Part shown: one piece after another, positions 15,554-24,245 of the stretch | Numbering within the stretch: position 1 is the first letter of the stretch | Layout of the letters: each line of letters starts with the position of its first letter | IMG/VR virus record: IMGVR_UViG_3300036956_000151 | DNA from: a virus | Lineage: Duplodnaviria > Heunggongvirae > Uroviricota > Caudoviricetes | Length of the DNA: 28,061 nucleotides | Reading direction: 5' to 3' (one strand) | Translations under genes and position numbers: made by a program | The notes under the pieces: model-generated | What the model was told of the DNA's origin: nothing | The model's database searches: none | Seen by the model: only the letters and a program-made list of their open reading frames with translations

Positions 15554-16459
15554 TCAGGCCTTCATGAAGGTGTCGAGCTGGGTGAAGGTCATCTGCAGCT
15601 CTGCCAAGGCGTCTTCGCGCCGGGACAAACTGAGCTCGAGGTTAGCCGGTCGAAAATTGCCGATATCCTCATAACCGCCGCGGTTGCTGCCCTTGGTCAC
15701 AAAGGCGTGCACGATCTTGATCCGCACCGCGTAATTTCCGGGAACTCCGACGGTGCCATCCTCGGCCGAGACGGCGGCTTGGTGATCGCGAAACCAGCGC
15801 TTGAGCGTGCCCACCTTGTCGTCGGTCGCCGTCATGCGCAGTTCCATCGGATCGCTTCCGGTGACTGCATCCAGCGTAGCCCCCCCGACCTTCCGTTTCT
15901 CGCCGGTGAGCGTGAAAGGCGCGTAATCCAGATCGGTCACGAACATATTGAAGGGCTGCGAGCTGTCACCCGAAAGTGCGCTTGACACCTCGATCAGGAA
16001 CAGATTCTTTCGGGCCCGCGCGGTGTTTATCGACTCCTCGAAGATCGTCCGGGCCTCAGTAGGGCTCAGGCCTCCGAAAAGGGGCGTAGGACGTCCCCAG
16101 TAGGTAGCCTGGGAAGACACCCCGCCCATACCCGGTATCAGCTTGTCCAGCGCCCCGGAATCGAGCAGGCGCATGCCGGCGCTGTTCCAGTCTCCGGCCA
16201 TCAGGTCGCCGGCAATCCGGCTTGCGGCATCGATCCGGCCGCGGAGCTTCATCGGGATGGCTTTGTTCACCTGCGCCATGGCGGCATTCTTCGCCATGCC
16301 AACACCAATATTGGCGACAGTGTTTGCCAGGATGCCACCGCCAAGCGCACCCGCCGCGCTCTTGGCTACGCTTCCCAGGGCGGAATCCAGGCTGGAAGAA
16401 ATTCCGCCCATCAAGCCCTTGGATGCGAGTGTCTTGCTCACGCCGTTATAGAGGGACAT
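15554..16459 (-). CDS. Hypothetical protein, 301 aa; N-terminal ~70 aa Gly/Ala/Ser-rich with glycine-zipper-like spacing, then a globular domain
   Basis: MSLYNGVSKTLASKGLMGGISSSLDSALGSVAKSAAGALGGGILANTVANIGVGMAKNAAMAQV...; start 5 nt after upstream stop. Confidence 0.65.
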   Translation of the reverse strand: MSLYNGVSKTLASKGLMGGISSSLDSALGSVAKSAAGALGGGILANTVANIGVGMAKNAAMAQVNKAIPMKLRGRIDAASRIAGDLMAGDWNSAGMRLLDSGALDKLIPGMGGVSSQATYWGRPTPLFGGLSPTEARTIFEESINTARARKNLFLIEVSSALSGDSSQPFNMFVTDLDYAPFTLTGEKRKVGGATLDAVTGSDPMELRMTATDDKVGTLKRWFRDHQAAVSAEDGTVGVPGNYAVRIKIVHAFVTKGSNRGGYEDIGNFRPANLELSLSRREDALAELQMTFTQLDTFMKA

Positions 16460-16464
16460 AGGCT

Positions 16465-16632
16465 TTACTCCCCGCTTCCGCCGAATCCGCCAGGCTTCTT
16501 CCCGCCCGGTGTGCCGCCGAATCCACCACCTCCACCACCACCACCAAACCCGCCTCCGCCGCCGGCACGCGTGAGGCTCTTTACGGGCTCGCCAAGCAGG
16601 AAGCCGGCGGCGTCGCTTCGGATCGCTGCCAT
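16465..16632 (-). CDS. Gly-rich small protein, 55 aa
   Basis: MAAIRSDAAGFLLGEPVKSLTRAGGGGGFGGGGGGGGFGGTPGGKKPGGFGGSGE; coupled at both ends (TGAcATG and TAAagcctATG); not in the ORF track because under 60 aa. Confidence 0.45.
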   Translation of the reverse strand: MAAIRSDAAGFLLGEPVKSLTRAGGGGGFGGGGGGGGFGGTPGGKKPGGFGGSGE

Positions 16633-16633
16633 G

Positions 16634-16900
16634 TCAGGTTTTCCCGGCAGGGCGTGCGGCGTCGAGAAGCGCGACGGCGGCGCCTACTCGAGCTTCGGCG
16701 GGGGCTGCAGGGTCTGCGGCCACCTCGGCCAGGGCGGCGACAGCAAGGGCGGCATGCTGGGCGGCGCGGCGCTGCAGGCCGGGTGAAGCCGGAGGGCGGC
16801 CGGCTCCGGTGCGGGCGCCGCCATGAGCGTTTGTCGTAGTGGGCATGCTTGAATCCTCGTGATGCCCGGGCGGCACGGCGGCCACCCGGTGGGAAATCAT
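16634..16900 (-). CDS. Possible protein, 88 aa, Ala/Pro-rich
   Basis: ATGA overlap with upstream gene; low-complexity composition. Confidence 0.35.
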   Translation of the reverse strand: MISHRVAAVPPGHHEDSSMPTTTNAHGGARTGAGRPPASPGLQRRAAQHAALAVAALAEVAADPAAPAEARVGAAVALLDAARPAGKT

Positions 16901-17160
16901 TTCCAGTTCTTGGCGACGCGGGCAATCGACTCAATGGGAGCGAGCGGGACCACCTTGAAACCGGCCGGAAGGTGGGACGGATTTTTGGTCTTGAGGAACA
17001 GCGTCAACTTCGCAATCTCCGCCTCCGCGCTCTTGGCTCGAAGTCGATCCGCTGCAGGGACGTGGTGAGCGCCGGAGTTATCCAGGAGCTGCGCAGGGCC
17101 GCTCAAGTCTAAGAGTCGGCGGGCGGCTGCGGCCATCTGGTCGGCCAGTGAATCAGCCAT
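16897..17160 (-). CDS. Hypothetical protein, 87 aa
   Basis: MADSLADQMAAAARRLLDL...; overlaps upstream stop (ATGGCTGA) and downstream start (ATGA). Confidence 0.5.
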   Translation of the reverse strand: MADSLADQMAAAARRLLDLSGPAQLLDNSGAHHVPAADRLRAKSAEAEIAKLTLFLKTKNPSHLPAGFKVVPLAPIESIARVAKNWK

Positions 17161-17800
17161 TTGCGACCGCCGGCCGGAAGGTGATGCCGGGGACCGCGGG
17201 GCGGGGGGCGAAGTCCTCGGGCAGGGCCGACGCATCACGGGTGCGCAGGAAGGTGCCCAAGGTTTCCACCTCGGCGGCAAGCCGGGCCTGCTCGTCCCGA
17301 AGGTCCGCGGAGCGCTGGGCATTGTCGTCCGCGAGTTTCTTCGTCAGGCCGGTGATTTCAGCAGCGGAGAGGCCGGCGGCCTCGTATTTTGCGCGAGTGG
17401 CCCCGGCGATGCCCGCCACGTACGCGAGTTCCGCGGGAATGTTCTCCAGTCGCGCGGTGCCCTCCAAGACACGCTGGGCCGCCTCGGTGAGAAGGGGAGC
17501 CAGGCGGGCGCGCTCCGCGGACTCGGCCTCTTTAACCTTGTCGCTGATGAATGCCAGGTTCGCGAAGAGCTCGCCAAACTCGTCGGCCAGAATCGCGAGC
17601 GCATCGACCACACGGCCAGGGTGCCGCTGAACGGCAAGGAAGCAAATTGCCACCGGGCCGATGTCGGCCAGATTGGTGCGCAGGCGGGTCAGCAGGGCTT
17701 CAGCGGCGGCCATCGATGCCGGATCGGCACGCAGGGCACGCGCGTCGGCAGCGATCTCGGCCGGGGTGTAGTCGTTGGTGTTGGTGGTGTCGGCGATCAT
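17153..17800 (-). CDS. Hypothetical protein, 215 aa, helical/coiled-coil-like; first gene of a five-gene coupled operon
   Basis: GAGG SD; operator-like repeats directly upstream. Confidence 0.65.
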   Translation of the reverse strand: MIADTTNTNDYTPAEIAADARALRADPASMAAAEALLTRLRTNLADIGPVAICFLAVQRHPGRVVDALAILADEFGELFANLAFISDKVKEAESAERARLAPLLTEAAQRVLEGTARLENIPAELAYVAGIAGATRAKYEAAGLSAAEITGLTKKLADDNAQRSADLRDEQARLAAEVETLGTFLRTRDASALPEDFAPRPAVPGITFRPAVANG

Positions 17801-17812
17801 TTCGGGGCCTCA

Positions 17813-17849
17813 CAAGTTGAAAACTTGATTATTGGGGCCCAAAACTTGA
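17813..17849. promoter_or_regulatory. Operator/promoter-like repeats: palindrome CAAGTT-GAA-AACTTG and direct repeat AAAACTTGA x2 in an AT-rich stretch
   Basis: Upstream of the 215-aa gene. Confidence 0.35.
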
Positions 17850-17918
17850 ATAAATCGGGCGTTTTCCGGGTTCGTTGCGAGCTTCCCTAGGGGGTCGCCG
17901 CAGGTCGGACGACGCCTT

Positions 17919-18608
17919 TCATGGGGCGTCGTTCCAGCGTTTGTTGACCTGCACTACGACCGGGTAGCCGGACGGGTCAGAGGCATCGCCGGGCGTTCCC
18001 TGCCCGTCGTTCGGGTCTGTGTCGGCCGGGCCATCGTAGAGCGGGATTGAAGCCTTCAGCGTGAGATCAATGACCAGCATCGTCAGGTTCTTCGCGTCGG
18101 TTGGAATGGAACTGGCTGGCACATCGGGCGACTCCACCTGCACCGGCCATTCCGTCGCTACACCGGCATGCGTGAAGGTCGCAGGGAAGCGCCGGCCGTG
18201 CACCGTGTCCAGGTACAGAAGGAACTGAGAGGCTATCGAACTGGCCGTGCCGGTGTCGTGCGCAAAGATGGCGATCTGTGCCCGAATGTCACCGGCCGCC
18301 ACCCGCAGCCCGAAAAGCCGTTCTTTCGCATCGCCCGGGATCATTACCGGGATGCTGTCGGCGAGCTGGCGCGTGAAGTCCCGGCCGGTGGGCATGTAGT
18401 CCTTGGCCATGGCAACCAGAATTACCGGCATCTCCGGCGGCATCGTAGTTGCGCTGTCGGTGTCGTTCTTCTGCCAGGCTGCAAGCATCTCCTCCACGGC
18501 ATCAATCATGCATGCGGGAGCCCAAAGAACTGATTTCTTGAGCCCCCGCGTGGTGAATTTCTGCAGGGCTGGCGTGGTGGGGACCAAAGAGGCGTAAAAC
18601 GAGCCCAT
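17919..18608 (-). CDS. Hypothetical protein, 229 aa; internal ATG with GGGGGA SD preferred over the ORF-track start at 18644
   Basis: Divergent from the KilA-N gene; no recognisable motif. Confidence 0.55.
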   Translation of the reverse strand: MGSFYASLVPTTPALQKFTTRGLKKSVLWAPACMIDAVEEMLAAWQKNDTDSATTMPPEMPVILVAMAKDYMPTGRDFTRQLADSIPVMIPGDAKERLFGLRVAAGDIRAQIAIFAHDTGTASSIASQFLLYLDTVHGRRFPATFTHAGVATEWPVQVESPDVPASSIPTDAKNLTMLVIDLTLKASIPLYDGPADTDPNDGQGTPGDASDPSGYPVVVQVNKRWNDAP

Positions 18609-18676
18609 AAATCCCCCAAATCCAATGCGGACAGGTTTGAGCATGGCGCGAAACCGTTGAAAGCGAAGCCTCGAGA

Positions 18677-19351
18677 ATGTCAGCGGGGACGAGGTGGGGA
18701 AGGGCTGGATTTCCCGAAGTCGCCATTCGTACCGATGCCGAGGGCCGCTACTGCCTGAATGATCTGCACAAGGCTGCTGGCGACCTGCCGAAGGATCAGC
18801 CGGCCAAATATTTCGCCAATCAACAAGCGAAAGACCTGATCTCCGAAATCGGAGATCACTCTGTTCATGTGGTCCGTGGCTATGGGAAGGAGCAAGGCAC
18901 CTACGTCTGCAAGGAACTGGTTTACGCCTACGCCATGTGGATCAGCCCAGCCTTCAGCCTGAAAGTGATTCGCGCCTACGATGCCATCGTGCGCGGCGAC
19001 TTCGGATCGGAATACCTCCCGGCCATCCTTCACGAAATTGACCAGCGCCTTTCGATCCGGCTGGTTGATCTTGAGGCCGCCATCGAAACCCGCATTCACG
19101 GCGAGCTCGCCAAGCAGCGCACCGGCATCCGCCACGGCGTCACCGCCGGCCAGGTATGGCACGAACACGGCTTCCCGGCTGATGCCGGAGGATTCGCCGG
19201 GGTCGTAGCTGTCGTTGGTCGCCACTACAAGGCCGTGACGATGGCTGGTGAAGCCCTGAAATCAGTTCAGGGCATGCGCTTTGGCTCGATTCGCAGCCCT
19301 TCGCGCACTGCGAAACCTACGGTGATGTACGGTGAATCTTGGGCATTCTGA
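18677..19351 (+). CDS. KilA-N domain protein, 224 aa
   Basis: RYCLNDLHKAAG...YFANQQAKDLISEI...GTYVCKELVYAYAMWISPAFSLKVIRAYDA matches the KilA-N signature; one of very few plus-strand island genes. Confidence 0.75.
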   Translation: MSAGTRWGRAGFPEVAIRTDAEGRYCLNDLHKAAGDLPKDQPAKYFANQQAKDLISEIGDHSVHVVRGYGKEQGTYVCKELVYAYAMWISPAFSLKVIRAYDAIVRGDFGSEYLPAILHEIDQRLSIRLVDLEAAIETRIHGELAKQRTGIRHGVTAGQVWHEHGFPADAGGFAGVVAVVGRHYKAVTMAGEALKSVQGMRFGSIRSPSRTAKPTVMYGESWAF

Positions 19352-19430
19352 GCTTTCACTGGTCGCCTTTTCGGCCGCGCTATTCAGTCGATTTCCCTGT
19401 GTTCACGCGGGATTGAGGCGGGTCGAAGGT

Positions 19431-19482
19431 TTCCGCGGAAGCGGGGAGAAACTTTCGCGAATCGGGAAACTTTCGCCCCGCT
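19431..19482. repeat. Palindrome TTCCGCGGAA, direct repeat GAAACTTTCGC x2 and stem GCGGGG/CCCCGC followed by TTTT; terminator-like region after the KilA-N gene
   Basis: Read directly between convergent genes. Confidence 0.3.
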
Positions 19483-19534
19483 TTTCCACCGCCATGGATC
19501 AGCCTTGGTGGTGCGGTTTCGGACGGCTGGATCC

Positions 19535-20332
19535 TCAGAGGGATACTGTCTTGAAGTTGGCCCAGATTCCGCGGTCAAGCGCCGTCAGCGTGCAAAGGGT
19601 CATCGGAATCAGCTGCTCTACGAAGCGGCCATTCCGGTCAACCGGTGCATTCAGGGGCTGGCCGATGCTCTCGATCACCAGAGGGAAATAGGTGCAACCC
19701 TTGTACTTCATCGCCAATCGAACCGGCGCGCGAGACGGCATCAGGGCTTCCACGTATGCCATGTCTCCCTTGGCGGTCTTGGCCAGCCTGGCGAGGATTG
19801 AGCCGTCCTTGGAGAGCTCCACCGGTAAAGCCCATTTCATGAGCTTGGCAACTGGCTCCTCGACCTCCTCTACCGGGTCGGCGTAGGCACGGAACACGGC
19901 TACCACCTGAAACTTGACCGGCGCCATGCCGCTGAAAACTTGTGTGCTGTTTAGTAGCGTAACCCCGGTTCGCCCCTCGAATTGCTTCAGAAAATCGCCT
20001 GATTTCTTCTGCGCAGCGGCGCCGTCAACAGACGACCTCGACATACCCAGAAGTACGTTTGCAACGGGCTGCAGGGCACCGGACTGAAGCATCGCCATCA
20101 GGGCCGGGGCCTTTGTTTCAGGCCCGGATTGTTCGAAGGCACTCTGCCAATTCAAGGCCATCTCCATGCTGGCCTCGGTGAGCGGTGCAACCACCGTATC
20201 CGGGTCGGTCTTGTCCGTCCGCTTCCAGACCCCGTTTTCGTTATCGACCTCGAAGAAATGAGCGAGCAGGTGCGGTGAAAGCCCCTTCCAATCCGATTTC
20301 AACTCAGTTGCCGTAAGGCTGGGTGCGGTCAT
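19535..20332 (-). CDS. Hypothetical protein, 265 aa
   Basis: ATGA overlap with the upstream 97-aa gene. Confidence 0.6.
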   Translation of the reverse strand: MTAPSLTATELKSDWKGLSPHLLAHFFEVDNENGVWKRTDKTDPDTVVAPLTEASMEMALNWQSAFEQSGPETKAPALMAMLQSGALQPVANVLLGMSRSSVDGAAAQKKSGDFLKQFEGRTGVTLLNSTQVFSGMAPVKFQVVAVFRAYADPVEEVEEPVAKLMKWALPVELSKDGSILARLAKTAKGDMAYVEALMPSRAPVRLAMKYKGCTYFPLVIESIGQPLNAPVDRNGRFVEQLIPMTLCTLTALDRGIWANFKTVSL

Positions 20333-20622
20333 TCCTCACCGCCCTCGGAATCGGCGCTGGCGGGAGCGATCTGCACGCGGGTGGCGGGTTCGGCGATGGC
20401 CTGGCGAATGCCCTCCAGCGCCACCAGGCAGGCATGCAGCGCGGCGCGCACGGCTTCAGGGGTGTTCGTGCCTGCTTCCAGTGCTCTGGCCTCTGCGGCA
20501 GCAAGGACGGCCTCCGGCGTCGCCCTTGCGACAATGTCACGAAGGGTATCGACGCATGTGGTGGCCAGGGCGTGAGCGATGCCGTCGATTTCACGGGGGA
20601 AATCTGCGTATTTATTAATCAT
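20329..20622 (-). CDS. Hypothetical protein, 97 aa
   Basis: ATGA overlaps at both ends. Confidence 0.5.
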   Translation of the reverse strand: MINKYADFPREIDGIAHALATTCVDTLRDIVARATPEAVLAAAEARALEAGTNTPEAVRAALHACLVALEGIRQAIAEPATRVQIAPASADSEGGEE

Positions 20623-21212
20623 TTTTTCTTCCTCGGCGGGGTCGCCAGTTTGAGACGGAGCCGACGCTCCGCGGCCATGGCGTCGGCTGCTGATTTCTTC
20701 AGGCGGTCGGCGGCGGCGTTGAGGATGGATCCCCCGTGCAGATCGAGGAACGCGTCACCGTTCAGGTCGGTGAGTCGGTTGATCGCATCTATCACGTTTT
20801 GGGCGTCTCGCTGGATCGTTGGGATCACGGAAGTGGCCGCCTCAATTTTCTGTTGCAAGGCAATGATCGCCTGAAGGTCACGCGACCGCATGCGGTCCCA
20901 CTGGTCGAGAAGGTGAGGCGTCATCCCCCGCGGCACCCCGGCCTCAAAGTCGTCCGAAAGGCCGAAAAGGTACTCGGTGGAAACCTCATAAATCCGGGCA
21001 GCATCGCGAATCAGGCGGATCGGGACGGAGTTGGTGTCCGTTGCATTCTCGACTTTTGACAACTTCGACGGATTCGCGTAGCCAAGCCGGCGCGCGGCTT
21101 CGGACAGGGACAGATTGCACAATTCCCGGGACGCCTTCAGGCGCAGGCCGATGGTTTTGACCAATTCCGACTGCACATGTCGGACCGGCGGGGCCTCCTG
21201 GATTACTCGCAT
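20619..21212 (-). CDS. XRE/Cro-CI-type HTH regulator, 197 aa; internal ATG preferred over the ORF-track start
   Basis: LSLSEAARRLGYANPSKLSKVENATDTNSVPIRLIRDAARIYEVSTEYLFGLSDD; AAGGA SD. Confidence 0.7.
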   Translation of the reverse strand: MRVIQEAPPVRHVQSELVKTIGLRLKASRELCNLSLSEAARRLGYANPSKLSKVENATDTNSVPIRLIRDAARIYEVSTEYLFGLSDDFEAGVPRGMTPHLLDQWDRMRSRDLQAIIALQQKIEAATSVIPTIQRDAQNVIDAINRLTDLNGDAFLDLHGGSILNAAADRLKKSAADAMAAERRLRLKLATPPRKKK

Positions 21213-21249
21213 GTATTTATCCTTCCGTGGTTCGGAGGTGACGGCATAA

Positions 21250-21483
21250 TCAGTGCGCCACCTCGTCGGCGTCGTCCCCGTAGAGGTGCGAGCCAAGCTC
21301 CTCCGCCAGAGCCCCGACGAACACGCGAATTTGTTGGTGGAACTCGCCGATGATCGTTTCGGCGACTTGCCGCGCGAGGTTCGGAGCCGCGCCGAAGGTC
21401 TCGACAAACACGCCAGCAAGCGCGTCGACTTCGGCGTCGATGGCCTTTTCGTTGGCGGGGGGCATGGGGAATGTGGTATTCAT
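21250..21483 (-). CDS. Hypothetical acidic protein, 77 aa
   Basis: Internal ATG of the ORF-track entry; weak SD. Confidence 0.4.
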   Translation of the reverse strand: MNTTFPMPPANEKAIDAEVDALAGVFVETFGAAPNLARQVAETIIGEFHQQIRVFVGALAEELGSHLYGDDADEVAH

Positions 21484-21565
21484 TTTGCGTCTTTCTCGAG
21501 TTCGATATTGTGATGTTGCGGGGGCTGAAAAGCCGCGCTGCGGCAGGGTTTCCGGGAAATGGTCG

Positions 21566-22492
21566 TCATTCCCAAAACCCCGCGCGGAGCATGTCGACGG
21601 GCTGCTGAGTGGCGTGCTCGAGGTACTGCATTGAGCCCCTGTCGAAGAACAGCCCGACCTTCCCTTCAAACTCCCCGTTCCGCTGTTTGTCGATAATCAG
21701 GAGTGCGTCCGGCTCTGTCGGCTGGTGGCTTCCGCCGGCCTGCATGGCTTGCTCTTTGGCTTTGTTTCTCCACACGACAACCACGTTATCCACTTGGTCG
21801 GTGATGGAGCCGGAGCCCTTGACGTCCATCTTGCCGGGCGGCAGGGTTTCGTCCTTGAACTTGCGCGAGTGGGCCACGAGGTGAATGTGCATGCCGGTGT
21901 CACGGCCGATGGTGGTGATGGCATCGAGAAAGAGCTTTTGTGCGGTGAAGTCGTCTTCGGCCAGTCCGCATTTCATCAAGCTGTCGACAACGAAGTGCTT
22001 CACCTTTAATTTGTCGGCGGCGTATCTCATGACGGCTAAAATCTTGTCGGCATGCACCTGACCCTGCTGGTCGTAAATCCACAGCCACTCCGACCACAGC
22101 TCGTGCGCACCCAGCACCAACTCCCGGTCGGGCTGACGGCAACCGGCGGTTTGCCGCATCATGCGAGCCAGCGTGACCACGGGCTTCATTTCAAAACTTG
22201 CGATGCAGACCGGCTCGCGCTGGCAGACGAAGCCCACCATCGCCTGTCCCAGCGCCAGGGACTTTCCATGTCCATTCATCCCACTCCAAAGCGTCACTTC
22301 TCCTTCCCGGAAGCGGATCAAATCACGGGTTTTCTTCCAAGGAAGCTTTGCGCCGCGAAGCTGTTCACCGTTCTCGAGATAGTCGGCCACCTCCTCGGCG
22401 TATGCACTTGCCGGGATGATCTTGTGGCCAGCATCGGTGGCCTGCATGTACAGGCTGAAGTCGATGTCATCGCGAATTATGTTGGCGCTCAT
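21566..22492 (-). CDS. RecA-fold replicative helicase (DnaB C-terminal/RepA-like), 308 aa
   Basis: Walker A WSGMNGHGKSLALGQ, Walker B KHFVVDSLMK, downstream HLVAHSRK; ATGA coupling to upstream gene. Confidence 0.8.
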   Translation of the reverse strand: MSANIIRDDIDFSLYMQATDAGHKIIPASAYAEEVADYLENGEQLRGAKLPWKKTRDLIRFREGEVTLWSGMNGHGKSLALGQAMVGFVCQREPVCIASFEMKPVVTLARMMRQTAGCRQPDRELVLGAHELWSEWLWIYDQQGQVHADKILAVMRYAADKLKVKHFVVDSLMKCGLAEDDFTAQKLFLDAITTIGRDTGMHIHLVAHSRKFKDETLPPGKMDVKGSGSITDQVDNVVVVWRNKAKEQAMQAGGSHQPTEPDALLIIDKQRNGEFEGKVGLFFDRGSMQYLEHATQQPVDMLRAGFWE

Positions 22493-22854
22493 ACCTTGCG
22501 CTCCTCTTCCTCGCCGATGCCGATCCACTCTTCCCGCTGCCCCCGCTCCCATCGCATTCCGAGGTCTCCGGGCAGCCAGTCGACCACGAAGCATTCGACG
22601 GCGATGGCGTAGTCCTTCAGGCGGCCCAGGAAGCGCAGAAGGGGTCGGTCGTAGGTGTCGGCAATCACGATGACGCGGAGGCCGACCAACGGGCGGAGAT
22701 CAACCCTCTCAGTGGCGGCGGCGCGCGGGATGGAGATTTCGACGGTGGTGTCGGCCCATCTGTCCCAGCGTGTCGGGGCGTAATCGCCAAGCCACAACCA
22801 GGCGGCGCCGGCCGGGCGCTTGCCGGCGAGGCGCAGGGCCTCCAAAGGCTTCAT
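22489..22854 (-). CDS. Hypothetical protein, ~121 aa (start uncertain; ORF-track start at 22941 would overlap the upstream gene)
   Basis: ATGA overlap with the helicase start. Confidence 0.45.
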   Translation of the reverse strand: MKPLEALRLAGKRPAGAAWLWLGDYAPTRWDRWADTTVEISIPRAAATERVDLRPLVGLRVIVIADTYDRPLLRFLGRLKDYAIAVECFVVDWLPGDLGMRWERGQREEWIGIGEEEERKV

Positions 22855-22868
22855 GTCAGGGATCGTCC

Positions 22869-23615
22869 TCACAAGGCCCCCAAGAACAAGCCGCTGCTGG
22901 CGCTGGGCTCGGTCGTAGTGCAGGGAGTACCGTCCTCCCAACGCCGCTGGTTCAAGTAGGTCAGAGGAGCCGGTGTGAAGTCCTGAAATTGCTTGGTTCC
23001 GGATATCTCTCCAAGGTGGGACAGAATGGCGTCAGCAAAGTGATCCAATCCCTTCGTCTTCCATTTCTTCGCGCACTCGGTTTTTGCCTGCTTCCTTGGG
23101 CCGACAGGCCACGCCTGCCAAAATTCAGCGAAACGCGAAGCGGATCGCGGCTGCGAAGCAGGATCTTTAGCGTCATCCCCCGACGCGCGTTGTATACCTT
23201 CCTTTCCTTCCCTTCCTACCTGTGCGTCACTGGCGCGCACATGTCCGTCACTGTCGCGTGCTCCACGCGTGACCGACGCGTCATCGACGCGTGCCACCTC
23301 GTGAGGGGCGGGAAGCGTGGATTGCGACTCGCGGGGGTTGATGTGCTGATGATCCAAAAACGTGGGGATGTGGGCCAGGCCGTCGCCGTAGAGCACCACG
23401 TGGCCAGTGTCCACGAGGTGCTGGCAGGCATCCACAACGTCAAAGCTATCGCCAGGGAAGTATCGGAGCTTCAGGGTCCGGGGCCGCCACACCAAGCGGC
23501 CCTCTCGATCCGCCTCGCACCACAGGGCGATGTAGAGGAGGCGGACGTGTAGGGGCATGTCCACGACCTCTTCGCTCGTAAAAAAGTCAGGCTTGATTGT
23601 CCGGATGCGGGCCAT
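22869..23615 (-). CDS. Phage-type replication initiation/organiser-like protein, 248 aa; assignment tentative
   Basis: N-terminus MARIRTIKPDFFTSEEVVDMPLHVRLLYIALWCEADREGRL resembles prophage replication-protein N-termini as I recall them; sits directly upstream of the helicase. Confidence 0.55.
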   Translation of the reverse strand: MARIRTIKPDFFTSEEVVDMPLHVRLLYIALWCEADREGRLVWRPRTLKLRYFPGDSFDVVDACQHLVDTGHVVLYGDGLAHIPTFLDHQHINPRESQSTLPAPHEVARVDDASVTRGARDSDGHVRASDAQVGREGKEGIQRASGDDAKDPASQPRSASRFAEFWQAWPVGPRKQAKTECAKKWKTKGLDHFADAILSHLGEISGTKQFQDFTPAPLTYLNQRRWEDGTPCTTTEPSASSGLFLGAL

Positions 23616-23914
23616 CACACGACCCCAGTCACGTATGCGGCGACGGCTGCGCGGGTCGCCTCGTCGGCCATGTCTAGGCGGTACTCGGCGATGATACGGC
23701 CGCAATATGGTACCTCCCGGACGCGGATCGCCCAGTGATCGGCAATAAGCTGTCTGACATATTCGGCGAGTCGCCACGACTCGGTGAACGTGGCCTGCGT
23801 GACCGGGCCCGCGATTAGGGCAGACAGGGTCGCGTGCTTGATCGTGTTCGGTTTCGGGGGGATGGGCGCCGGCTTCGGAGCCGCGCCGACTAGGTCGTGC
23901 TGGTCGGTGGTCAC
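23615..23914 (-). CDS. Hypothetical protein, ~100 aa, putative GTG start
   Basis: Open frame between the HTH gene stop and the replication gene start; ATG alternatives would overlap the HTH gene. Confidence 0.35.
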   Translation of the reverse strand: MTTDQHDLVGAAPKPAPIPPKPNTIKHATLSALIAGPVTQATFTESWRLAEYVRQLIADHWAIRVREVPYCGRIIAEYRLDMADEATRAAVAAYVTGVV

Positions 23915-23915
23915 G

Positions 23916-24098
23916 TTAGGCCACCTGGCCGGTGATGCGCGCCACCGCATCAGCAGGCCACAGGAGGCGCCCGTTCGGCAGGCGGGCCGGCTTGAGGCCG
24001 CAAAAATGCCCATTGCGCCAAACGGCGGTACGGATGCTGGCGGGCTGGCGGTCAATCTGCTTGGCCAGCGTCGCAGTCGTAATTAGGTGCTGTTGCAT
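23916..24098 (-). CDS. Small HTH DNA-binding protein, 60 aa, AlpA/excisionase-like; first gene of the element B replication operon
   Basis: ATLAKQIDRQPASIRTAVWRNGHFCGLKPARLPNGRLLWPADAV; GGAG SD; same pattern as 8520-8750. Confidence 0.65.
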   Translation of the reverse strand: MQQHLITTATLAKQIDRQPASIRTAVWRNGHFCGLKPARLPNGRLLWPADAVARITGQVA

Positions 24099-24137
24099 CG
24101 CGGTCACTCCGTGTGGTTGGATGTGACGCACTCTGCT

Positions 24138-24245
24138 TACCGGTACTTTTTGGGATCCTTACCGCCGATAAGGATCCCCAGCAGTGGCAAGGGTTTGGGG
24201 GGTGACCGCCGGTTTGCTTACCGGCGACTGCCGCCGGTAAGCGTT
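24138..24245. promoter_or_regulatory. Operator cluster: four CTTACCG motifs arranged as inverted repeats (GGGATCCTTA-N7-TAAGGATCCC at 24152-24178; CTTACCGGCG-N5-CGCCGGTAAG at 24217-24241)
   Basis: Upstream of the HTH gene that heads the replication operon. Confidence 0.4.

Noticed and set aside
14880-15985. Plus-strand ORFs 14880-15521 and 15101-15985
   Set aside because: They cross conserved non-coding module 1 and run antisense to the 301-aa gene, with low-complexity Arg/Gly/Pro-rich translations.
16511-16786. Plus-strand ORF encoding a poly-proline run
   Set aside because: It is the reverse-complement reading of the Gly-rich minus-strand ORF; the minus-strand reading has translational coupling at both ends.
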